Assembly: GCA_946626395.1 (NCBI GenBank)
Contig: CAMOUF010000159.1
Span: forward strand, 1-41,208
Reading direction: 5' to 3'
Source: an uncultured Clostridia bacterium
Lineage (GTDB): Bacteria; Bacillota; Clostridia; Christensenellales; Aristaeellaceae
DNA length: 41,208 nt
The position numbers were made by a program, and so were the translations under genes. Below the pieces are notes generated by a model that was not told where the DNA came from, searched no databases, and saw only the letters and a program-made list of their open reading frames with translations. Of this stretch, positions 32,861 to 40,358 are shown in pieces (positions within the stretch are counted from its first letter, which is position 1; each line of letters starts with the position of its first letter).

Positions 32861-33337
32861 TCACCGCAGCCACCCCTGCCACCGGAAGGCCGGATAGCAG
32901 GACCGCACCACCGACGCGATGGCCGTCAGTTCATCGGGGGACTGCATGGCCCCGAACCGGGTATACAGCACCCGCAGGGCTGACAGGCTGGCATGGCGCA
33001 TGGAATAATCCCGCAGAAACTGCAGGCTTTCCCGGCTGGCGGGCAGCTGCTCAAAGGGCAGCAGCATCAGTTCATCCGCCATCACGGAAAAATCCTCCAC
33101 CCGGACGCGCACAAAGGTGCCGTCGGGAAGCTGGGCCAGCATACGGCCGTCGGTGGCCTGGCGCACGGCGCGGAACAAAAGGCTGTCCAGCGTATCGGCC
33201 ATCTCCTCTCCGCCCCGGCGCAGGGAAAAGCCGTTGAGCCTTCCCGCAATGTCTGCCGTCAGCGGCGTCAGCGCCTGCAGCAGCGGCTCCCCCAGCCAGG
33301 GCCTGAGCGTGTTCATCACCTGTACCTGGGAAATCAT
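32861..33337 (-). CDS. Hypothetical protein upstream of soj
   Basis: ORF 32861..33382(-). The ATG at 33337 follows AAGGAGG by 6 nt. 158 aa, soluble, no family recognised. Confidence 0.55.
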   Translation of the reverse strand: MISQVQVMNTLRPWLGEPLLQALTPLTADIAGRLNGFSLRRGGEEMADTLDSLLFRAVRQATDGRMLAQLPDGTFVRVRVEDFSVMADELMLLPFEQLPASRESLQFLRDYSMRHASLSALRVLYTRFGAMQSPDELTAIASVVRSCYPAFRWQGWLR

Positions 33338-33504
33338 GCCGCGCCTCCTTCGTGGTTGCCTTGATCCCTCCAAAGATACCACACTCTGACGGGTTTGTCC
33401 AGCCTCCCCGATAGGCGGGGAAACTACTTTTATAAGAACATTCGGTTACAATTCCCCGCCTTCTTTGTAACAAGTGAAGCGAATCCATCCTTTTATATAA
33501 GCGC

Positions 33505-33541
33505 AAAATAAAGCGGCGGAAGGCCCCCGGCCCGCCGCCGT
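33505..33541 (-). terminator. Rho-independent terminator downstream of the GT2 gene
   Basis: The minus strand reads GCGGCGGGCCGGGGGCCTTCCGCCGC followed by TTTATTTTG. Confidence 0.7.
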
Positions 33542-33558
33542 CCTGAGAGAACAGGAGA

Positions 33559-34575
33559 TCAATTGAATCCGAAAATCTTCTGGGCGATCTTGTATCCCGC
33601 CACGGTGACGGCCCGGCCCCCTTTGCCGGACAGGTGCATCAGCCGCCCCAGCAGCCGATGGCGCAGCACGCCGTACACCCTGGGGTTTTCCTTTTGAATG
33701 AAGGCCCACAGGTCTTTTTTCTTTTGCAGGTTTTCTTCGGTGCCGCTCTTGGTCAGCAGCACGGAGGACACGGTGGTGACGATTTCCAGGTAGTTGAGCA
33801 TATACTTGCGCTTATGGGGATCAGGAATGGAGAAGGGGTCCACCGAGGACACCAGCAGCCGGTTCACCAGCAGCGCCTGGTCGATCCGGCGGATCATCAC
33901 CTGCTCCTGGACGGACTGGTCGTCCCGGCCGATAAAATAATGGTAGAAATCCACATCCAGGTAGTACATCTTTTCCACGTTTTTAAGGGGCACATACACA
34001 TACAGCTCGTCCACGTAGAAAGTATGCTTGGGCAAGGTCATGCCGCAGTCCCGCAAAAGCTGGGTACGGTAAATGACGGAATGCATCAGCATATACTGGC
34101 CCTTGCGGAAATGCCTGGTTTCCTCCCAGCCGAACACCCGGCCCTGGGGCAGGGCGTGGTGATAGCTCATCACATGCTTGTGGGCAGCGCCTACCTTGTC
34201 GTAAATGTAATTGCTCACCAGCATATCGATCTGCTTTTCCGGGGCGGCAAAGCCCCGCAGGGTTTCCAGCACCTTGGGATAGGCTTCCGCGTCTGCCCAG
34301 TCGTCGGAATCCACCACCTTAAAGTACAGCCCCGTGGCGTTTTGAAGGCCAACCATCACCGCGTCCCCGTGGCCGCCGTTTTCCTTGTGGATGGCCCGCA
34401 CGATGCCGGGATATTTCCTTTCATATTCGTCGGCGATTTTTGCGGTATCGTCCTTGGAGCCGTCGTTGACGATGAGGATTTCCACCTCCTCGCCCCCCGG
34501 CAGCAGGGATTCCACCGCGTGGCTCAGGTAATCCTGGGAATTGTAGCTGGGAATGGCAATGGACAATAGCTTCAT
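33559..34575 (-). CDS. Family 2 glycosyltransferase
   Basis: LSIAIPSYNSQDYLSHAVESLL....VEILIVNDGSKDDT...ENGGHG.A...G...ATG.YFKVVDSDDW is the GT-A / GT2 signature (DxD = DSD). The RBS is GGAGAT. Confidence 0.9.
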   Translation of the reverse strand: MKLLSIAIPSYNSQDYLSHAVESLLPGGEEVEILIVNDGSKDDTAKIADEYERKYPGIVRAIHKENGGHGDAVMVGLQNATGLYFKVVDSDDWADAEAYPKVLETLRGFAAPEKQIDMLVSNYIYDKVGAAHKHVMSYHHALPQGRVFGWEETRHFRKGQYMLMHSVIYRTQLLRDCGMTLPKHTFYVDELYVYVPLKNVEKMYYLDVDFYHYFIGRDDQSVQEQVMIRRIDQALLVNRLLVSSVDPFSIPDPHKRKYMLNYLEIVTTVSSVLLTKSGTEENLQKKKDLWAFIQKENPRVYGVLRHRLLGRLMHLSGKGGRAVTVAGYKIAQKIFGFN

Positions 34576-34626
34576 CGGATCATCTCCTGTAATTTTCGTT
34601 TCTTGTCAGCGGCGCGGGAATAAGTT

Positions 34627-34740
34627 ATCAGTTCTAAGTTCCAAGTTCCAAGCAAATATAGCCGAGCGGGCAGTAAGCCAATGCGTTGCCACGGGAAAAA
34701 CATTGTCGTCAAATGAGCTTAGAACTTAGAACTTGGAGCT
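34627..34740. repeat. E3-type nested inverted-repeat element, copy b
   Basis: TATCA-GTTCTAA GTTCCAA GTTCCAA-GC ... 62-nt core ... GC-TTAGAAC TTAGAAC TTGGAGC. Confidence 0.85.
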
Positions 34741-34810
34741 ATCCCTATTATACACCATTCCGCCCTTTCTTTGAAGCGGAAAATCTGCTTTTTCAGCGGC
34801 TGATTTTTCA

Positions 34811-34839
34811 TTGAAATAGCGTATGGATTGTGGTATACT
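34811..34839 (+). promoter_or_regulatory. Putative sigma-A promoter for xpaC
   Basis: TTGAAA (34811-34816), a 17-nt spacer ending in TGG, then TATACT (34834-34839). The leader before the ATG at 34967 is about 125 nt and contains the hairpin AAGCGG-GAAAACG-CCGCTT. Confidence 0.55.
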
Positions 34840-34966
34840 TAGGAAACGAAAAGCGGGAAAACGCCGCTTTCAGCGGGGAAAATGTATGATTCAGCAAAAA
34901 CAGGTTGCGTTTCCTTCCGAATTTGCTATACTTTTTCCGCAGTCAATGATAAAGGGGGAGGATGCA

Positions 34967-35635
34967 ATGCAGCAGAACAAGAAAAATTCCAAGGCGTATG
35001 TGATCGCCTTCATCGCCGTGGGGCTGGTGGTGGCGCTGTACAGCCTGATTTTCCCCATGTACCGCTGGCAGCATTATCTGATCGCCGCGGGCATCGCGGT
35101 GCTGGTGGGCTGGGTGGTGTTCATCATGGCTCAGGGCCTGGACACCTCCAAGGAAGCGCCCGTTCAGCAGCCCATTCCCAAGACCGGCGACAGCGCCGTG
35201 GATTCTCTGGTGGAGAAGGGCCAGGAAATGCTGGCTGAGATCAGAAAGGAAAACGATCTGATTCCCGATCCGGAGCTCACCGCCCAGATGAACCAGCTGG
35301 ACAAGGTGGCCAATCAGATTTTCCATACCGTGGCCGAGCAGCCCGCCAAAGCGCCCCAGATTCGCCGGTTCATGGATTATTATCTGCCCACGACCCTGAA
35401 AATGCTCACCAGCTACCGGAAGATGGATGAGCGCCAGGTGAGCGGCCAGAACGCCCAGGAAACCCGCGCCCAGATCCGCGAGGCCATGGCCACTGTGCTC
35501 AAGGCTTTCGATAAGCAATTGGACGCCCTGTATCAGGATGAAATGCTGGACATTTCCACCGATATCGACGTGATGGAAACCATGCTGCGCCAGGACGGCC
35601 TGATCGATACCGGCGTGAAAAACGGAAAGATGTGA
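34967..35635 (+). CDS. xpaC: XpaC-like (5-bromo-4-chloroindolyl phosphate hydrolysis family) membrane protein
   Basis: The ATG at 34967 follows GGGGGAGGA. There are two N-terminal TM helices, then a helical domain containing IRRFMDYYLPTTLKMLTSYRKM. It sits directly upstream of telA, as in Bacillus xpaC-yaaN. Confidence 0.75.
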   Translation: MQQNKKNSKAYVIAFIAVGLVVALYSLIFPMYRWQHYLIAAGIAVLVGWVVFIMAQGLDTSKEAPVQQPIPKTGDSAVDSLVEKGQEMLAEIRKENDLIPDPELTAQMNQLDKVANQIFHTVAEQPAKAPQIRRFMDYYLPTTLKMLTSYRKMDERQVSGQNAQETRAQIREAMATVLKAFDKQLDALYQDEMLDISTDIDVMETMLRQDGLIDTGVKNGKM

Positions 35636-35640
35636 GAGCG

Positions 35641-35780
35641 GATCAAGTTCTAAGTTCTAAGCTCCAAGTTCCAAGCTGATTTTGTTCCTCTTTTTCGCGC
35701 ATAACAGACGGAAGACATTTCCGCTTAGAACTAAGAACTTAAAACTTTGAACTAAGAACTATGAATTGAAAACTGATCAA
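35641..35780. repeat. E3-type nested inverted-repeat element, copy c, between xpaC and telA
   Basis: GATCAA-GTTCTAA GTTCTAA GCTCCAA GTTCCAA-GCTGAT ... core ... GC-TTAGAAC TAAGAAC TTAAAAC TTTGAAC TAAGAAC TATGAAT TGAAAAC-TGATCAA. Confidence 0.85.
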
Positions 35781-35810
35781 GATGAATCGCTGTGAAAGGA
35801 GCCACCCACG

Positions 35811-37001
35811 ATGACTGAAAACAACATGGCCGAAGCCCAGGCCCATGCCGCCCCGGTGCTGACCCTCCATTCCGAAGCGGAAGCCAAGACCCAGCTGGAA
35901 CACGCAGTGGAGACCCTGGAAGATTTGGCTGCCCAGGTTCCCCAGGCTCCCGACGCCAAGGAAGCCGTAGCCAGCCTGGAATCCTCTCTCACCGAAGAAG
36001 AAAAGAAGCAGGTGGCGGATTTTTCCAAAACCATTGATATCACCAATCCCGACCATGTGATGCTCTACGGCGCGGACGCCCAGAAGAAGATTTCCGGCTT
36101 TGCCGACACCGTGCTGGCCAACGTGAAAACCGGCGACACCGGCGAAGTGGGCGATATGCTCACCAAGCTGATCACCGAGCTCAAGGGCTTCAACGCCGCC
36201 GGCGAAAAGCCCAAGGGCCTGCGGGGCCTGTTCTTCGGGGCCAAGCAGCAGATTTCCACCATCCAGGCCAAGTATGAAGACGTGAGCAAGAACGTGGAAG
36301 GCATCGCGGGCAGCCTGGAGGAGCATCAGGTGCAATTGCTCAAGGACGTGGCCATGTTCAATAAGCTCTACGACATGAACCTGGCTTACTTCCACGAGCT
36401 GACCATGTACATCGTGGCGGGCGAGCAGCGCCTCAAGGAAGTGCGGGAAACCGACTTAAAGGAGCTCCAGGAAATCGCCGAAAAGAGCGGCGACGCCATG
36501 GACGCCCAGAAGGCCAACGACCTGGCCGCCCAGTGCGACCGGTTTGAAAAGAAGCTGCACGATTTAAAGCTCACCCGGCAGATTTCCATGCAGATGGCGC
36601 CCCAGATCCGTCTGCTGCAAAACAACAATTCCCTGCTGGTGGAGCGCATCCAGTCCACCCTGGTCAACACCCTGCCCCTGTGGAAAAATCAGATGGTGCT
36701 GGCCCTGGGCCTGCACCACAGCCAGCAGGCCATGGAAGCCCAGAAGGCCGTGACCAATATGACCAACGACCTGCTGCGCAAGAACGCCGAAACCCTGAAA
36801 ATGGGCACCGTCGAAACCGCCAAGGAATCCGAGCGCGGCATCATCGACCTGGAAACCCTGGTGCAGACCAACCAGTCCCTGATCGACACCATCAACGAGG
36901 TGTCCCGCATCCAGCAGGAGGGCCGCCAGAAGCGGGCCGAGGCGGAAAAGACCCTGGCAGCGATGGAAAAGAACCTCAAGGAAAAGCTGCTGACCATGTA
37001 A
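35811..37001 (+). CDS. telA: Toxic anion resistance protein TelA/YaaN family
   Basis: 396 aa with RBS AAAGGAG. LYGADAQKKISGFADTVL..VKTGDTGEVGDMLTKL...LKGF and the long coiled-coil remainder match the TelA family. Confidence 0.9.
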   Translation: MTENNMAEAQAHAAPVLTLHSEAEAKTQLEHAVETLEDLAAQVPQAPDAKEAVASLESSLTEEEKKQVADFSKTIDITNPDHVMLYGADAQKKISGFADTVLANVKTGDTGEVGDMLTKLITELKGFNAAGEKPKGLRGLFFGAKQQISTIQAKYEDVSKNVEGIAGSLEEHQVQLLKDVAMFNKLYDMNLAYFHELTMYIVAGEQRLKEVRETDLKELQEIAEKSGDAMDAQKANDLAAQCDRFEKKLHDLKLTRQISMQMAPQIRLLQNNNSLLVERIQSTLVNTLPLWKNQMVLALGLHHSQQAMEAQKAVTNMTNDLLRKNAETLKMGTVETAKESERGIIDLETLVQTNQSLIDTINEVSRIQQEGRQKRAEAEKTLAAMEKNLKEKLLTM

Positions 37002-37025
37002 TGAACCAACAAAGGAGGGCCGTCA

Positions 37026-37565
37026 ATGAAACTGAAAACGGGAACGGCATTCGCCATCATGGTGGTGCTGATCATCGCCAGCGTGCTGTTTGGCGCATAT
37101 AAAGGCTGGAGCGGTGAAAAAGCCCACGTGGACGCCACCTACGCGGGTCTGGAAAGCATGCTGCAAACCCGGGTGGAAACGGCCTACAATATCCTCTCGG
37201 TCGCCAAGCGCCATCTGTCCGATACGGACGAAGGGTATCTGCGGGTGGTGATGGACCGGGACGAAATCGACAACCAGTACAACGACCTGTCCCGGAAGGC
37301 CAAGGCCAACGACGCGCTGACCAAGGACGCCGCGGCGCTGCTGGCCCAGCTGAAAGCCATGGAGAGCGTGCAGAAGGACAGCCGGGACAAAATGTATGTG
37401 GAAAGCTATCTGCCCCAGATGCTGGCCGAAAGCGAGGAGCGCACCGTGGGCGCGGTTTACAACCAGGCCGCGGCGAACTTCAACAACCGCATCAACGGCA
37501 CCTTCAGCGGCTTTCTGGCCAAGCTGATGGGCATCAAACCCGCCAGCGTATTCTCAGCGCAGTAA
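37026..37565 (+). CDS. LemA-like single-pass membrane protein (diverged)
   Basis: 179 aa with an N-terminal TM helix (AFAIMVVLIIASVLFGAY), then helical segments with LemA-like spacing (VDATYAGLESMLQTRVETAYNIL...). It is adjacent to a TPM-domain gene, the usual LemA partner. The assignment rests partly on this context. Confidence 0.55.
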   Translation: MKLKTGTAFAIMVVLIIASVLFGAYKGWSGEKAHVDATYAGLESMLQTRVETAYNILSVAKRHLSDTDEGYLRVVMDRDEIDNQYNDLSRKAKANDALTKDAAALLAQLKAMESVQKDSRDKMYVESYLPQMLAESEERTVGAVYNQAAANFNNRINGTFSGFLAKLMGIKPASVFSAQ

Positions 37566-37582
37566 GAAAGGGGGAGGACATT

Positions 37583-38329
37583 ATGCGCGCGATCCGTTTA
37601 TTTGCGCTTACCTTGGCGCTGATCCTATGCATCGGCCTGACGGCGCCCGCCCTGGCCGAAACCAAGTATCCTCCCCGTCCCCAGGGCACCGTGGCCGACC
37701 TGGCCGGGGTGCTGGGCGAATCGGTGATCGAGGATATGGAAACCTTTTCTTCCCGGCTCTCCTCCGCCACGGGGGGCAAAATGTATGTGCTCACCCGGCA
37801 TTTCCTGGGCGGCGTGGAGGCGTCGGGATACGCCAAGAAGGTGTTTGACGTTTGGGGCCTGGAAGCCAACGACGCCCTGATGCTGATGGTGATCGGCGAA
37901 GAATCCTACGCCCTGTGCCTGGGCACGGAAGCCCAGAAGGCCCTGTCCAACGATACCCAGATCAGCCTGCTGGCCAACAACTTCCGCACGCCCTTCCTGA
38001 ACCGGCAGTATGACGAAGCCCTGACCCAGCTGGCCCGGAACCTGGGCCAGAGCCTGGCGAAATACAAGGGCCAAAGCCTGGATCTGTCCGGCCTGTTCGG
38101 CCAGGCCAGCATCCAGACCACGCCCCAGCCCCAGAAGGAAAGCGACTGGTGGTACGGCATGTTCGCCCGGGACGATTACGACGCCCGGGAAAGCGACGAT
38201 GACCAGTATTGGCGGGACTGGCAGAATGAATGGCAGTACGAGGAAACCCGCATCAACTGGCGCAGCGTGATCATCTGGGGCCTGGTGATCTACTTCCTCT
38301 TCTTCCGCAAAAAGCGTCGGCGGAGGTAA
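37583..38329 (+). CDS. TPM-domain (YgcG-like) protein with signal peptide and C-terminal TM anchor
   Basis: It has a signal peptide (LFALTLALILCIGLTAPALA). VADLAGVLGESVIEDMETFSSRL...GGKMYVLTRHFLGG...YAKKVFDVWGL...DALMLMVIGEESYAL is the TPM_phosphatase pattern. The C-terminal TM helix VIIWGLVIYFLFF is followed by RKKRRRR. Confidence 0.75.
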   Translation: MRAIRLFALTLALILCIGLTAPALAETKYPPRPQGTVADLAGVLGESVIEDMETFSSRLSSATGGKMYVLTRHFLGGVEASGYAKKVFDVWGLEANDALMLMVIGEESYALCLGTEAQKALSNDTQISLLANNFRTPFLNRQYDEALTQLARNLGQSLAKYKGQSLDLSGLFGQASIQTTPQPQKESDWWYGMFARDDYDARESDDDQYWRDWQNEWQYEETRINWRSVIIWGLVIYFLFFRKKRRRR

Positions 38330-38340
38330 TTGAAAAATAA

Positions 38341-38500
38341 TTTTGTGGGGGGAACCTCTCTTATAGCCAGGCGTCTCTTTGAGACGCCTGGCGCGCTTTC
38401 AGCCAACGATCCTGGTGAAAGGAGCATGGGCAAGCAAAGCGCAGGCCATGCGTAGCAACTCCAAAGAGCGGTTTCCCCCACACCCCCTTCCGAGAAAGCC
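38341..38500 (+). repeat. E4-type palindromic element, copy e, split by a 96-nt loop insert (38363-38458)
   Basis: TTTTGTGGGGGGAACCTCTCTT, then the insert, then CTCCAAAGAGCGGTTTCCCCCACACCCCCTTCCGAGAAAGCC. The insert is the reverse complement of the 4217-4313 insert. Confidence 0.85.
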
Positions 38501-38700
38501 GATTCTGATTGCAGGATAATTTTATTGACTTATATTACAGACAATGAATCAATTCGTGATATAAAGAAATACGAGCCAATAGATGATGCTGTACAAATCC
38601 TTTATTGTCTAATTGGAAAAAGGGGTTTGGTGGAAATCGTTTTTTTAGCCACTTATAAGCGAACGTCTTTACAAAATAAAAAACTGAACAAGCCTTAAAT

Positions 38701-38772
38701 GGCTTTCTTGGAAAGGGGTCTGGGGGAAACCATTCTTTGACCTCCAAAGAATGGTTTCCCCCAGCGTCTTTT
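38701..38772 (-). repeat. E4-type palindromic element, copy f
   Basis: GGCTTTCTTGGAAAGGGGTCTGGGGGAAACCATTCTTTG-ACCT-CCAAAGAATGGTTTCCCCCAGCG. Its CCATTC/GAATGG is a doubly compensated variant of CCGCTC/GAGCGG. Confidence 0.9.
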
Positions 38773-38791
38773 CCTCGTTAGAAAGGTTCTT

Positions 38792-39982
38792 ATGACGCGA
38801 CTTTGTATGATTTCGTTGGACGCTGTGGCGCAGCCCGACGCGGACAGGCTGCTTGCCCTGCCGGCGCTTTCCGCTTTCGCGGAAGAAGGGGCGTTCTGCG
38901 ACAACGTGAAAACGGTATACCCCACTCTGACCTATCCCATCCATACCTCCCTGCTCACGGGCTGCTATCCCCTTGCCCACGGCATCGGCCATAACCAGCC
39001 CTTCCAGCCCGGCACCCCGCCGGACAAAAGGATCTGGTACTGGGACGCCCGGGACATCCGGGTGAAAACCCTGCATCAGGCCGCCCGGGAAAAAGGCATG
39101 AACGTGGCCTCCGTGCTGTGGCCTGTCAGCGGGAAAAACAAGGCCGTGCGGCGGAATTTTCCCGAGGTGCTGCCCCTGCCCGGAGAAAACGCGGCGCTGA
39201 AAATGCTCCGCTACGGCTCCCCGGCCTGGATTCTGTGGACGGAAGCGCGATACGGCAAAGCCAGAAAGAGCATCCGCCAGCCCGACCTGGACGATTACGC
39301 CGCCCTGCTGTGCGAAAAGCTGTACACTTCTTTCCGTCCCCCGGATGTGCTCACCGTGCATCTGGTGGACTGCGACGCCATGCGCCACGCCCACGGCACG
39401 GACAGCCCGGAAGCCCACGCCGCCATGGAACGGCTGGACAGGCGGGTGGGCCGCATCGTGGCGGCGGTCAAAAAAGCGGGGCTGTATGACGAAACCCTGT
39501 TCTGCCTGGTCAGCGACCATGGGCAGCAGGACGCGCCCCGGGGCATTCTGCTGGATAAATACCTGCGGGAAGAATGCGGTGCCCGGGCCCAAACCCTGGG
39601 CATGGGGGCGTATATCTGGGCCGACGATTTGCCCGCCGCCTGCCGGGCGCTGCGGAATAACCAACAGGAATGGGGCATTGCCCATATCTATGATGAAGAA
39701 GAAATCCGCGCCCTGGGCGGGCCCGGGGACGTGCGCCTGGCCGTGGACGCGGAAAGCGGCGTCTGCTTTATCGACCGGCCTGAGGAAACAAAGGGCGAGC
39801 ACGGCTTTTCCCTGAATTGCCCCCAGGCCCGGACGCTGCTGTGGCTCTGGGGCCCCGGCATCCGGAAGGGCGTCCGGCTGGCTGATGCCCGGCTGATCGA
39901 CATTGCCCCCACCCTGGCCAAGGCCCTGGGCCTGTCCCTGCCTCAGGCGGAAGGGCAGGCACTGGAAGAGGTTTTCGCCTGA
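38792..39982 (+). CDS. Alkaline-phosphatase-superfamily enzyme (type I phosphodiesterase / nucleotide pyrophosphatase family)
   Basis: ISLDAV......L..LPALSAF...GAF...VKTVYPTLTYPIHTSLLTGCYPLAHGI (catalytic Thr context), ...HLVDCDAMRHAHG... and LVSDHGQ are the typical metal-ligand blocks of the Phosphodiest family. Confidence 0.85.
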   Translation: MTRLCMISLDAVAQPDADRLLALPALSAFAEEGAFCDNVKTVYPTLTYPIHTSLLTGCYPLAHGIGHNQPFQPGTPPDKRIWYWDARDIRVKTLHQAAREKGMNVASVLWPVSGKNKAVRRNFPEVLPLPGENAALKMLRYGSPAWILWTEARYGKARKSIRQPDLDDYAALLCEKLYTSFRPPDVLTVHLVDCDAMRHAHGTDSPEAHAAMERLDRRVGRIVAAVKKAGLYDETLFCLVSDHGQQDAPRGILLDKYLREECGARAQTLGMGAYIWADDLPAACRALRNNQQEWGIAHIYDEEEIRALGGPGDVRLAVDAESGVCFIDRPEETKGEHGFSLNCPQARTLLWLWGPGIRKGVRLADARLIDIAPTLAKALGLSLPQAEGQALEEVFA

Positions 39983-40023
39983 TGAAGAATCTGTTTGGCC
40001 CTGGGCTTTTGCGGAAACACTTT

Positions 40024-40193
40024 AAGGGAATAGGCAATAGGCAATAGGAGAACGAGAGTTCAGAGTGAAGAGTTCAGAGTTCAGATATTTTAGTCATTTC
40101 AAGTCTGGATGCGATTCTTTTGTCCGTCTATATTCTCTGCACTCTATCCTCTATTGCCTATTGCCTAATGCCTATTGCCTATTCACTTCAAGT
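40024..40193 (-). repeat. E1-type nested inverted-repeat element, copy f (core inverted relative to copies a, d and e)
   Basis: GAAACACTTTAAGGG-AATAGGC AATAGGC AATAGG-AGAACGAGA-GTTCAGA GTGAAGA GTTCAGA GTTCAGA-core (40093-40150 is the reverse complement of the 26581-26636 core)-...CTCTATCCTC-TATTGCC TATTGCC TAATGCC TATTGCC TATT. Confidence 0.9.
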
Positions 40194-40272
40194 ATTCTTT
40201 TAACGTCTTCGCCCTTTTCGAAGAAAAAAATTACTAATTGGGAAATTTTCTTCACAATTTCTTCATAAATGC

Positions 40273-40301
40273 TTGACATTTTTTTAAGAATGGAGTATAG
40301 T
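40273..40301 (+). promoter_or_regulatory. Near-consensus sigma-A promoter for the last gene
   Basis: TTGACA (40273-40278), a 17-nt spacer, then TATAGT (40296-40301). The RBS AAAGGAG lies 9 nt before the ATG at 40359. Confidence 0.65.
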
Positions 40302-40358
40302 TGTAGCTGTACTTCCAGTATTTGAAATTGTTACTTCCTGATAAAGGAGCGAGTTACC

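Noticed and set aside
38535-38747. 70-aa minus-strand ORF in the AT-rich segment between E4 copies e and f
   Set aside because: It starts inside E4 copy f, has no RBS, and has no family resemblance.
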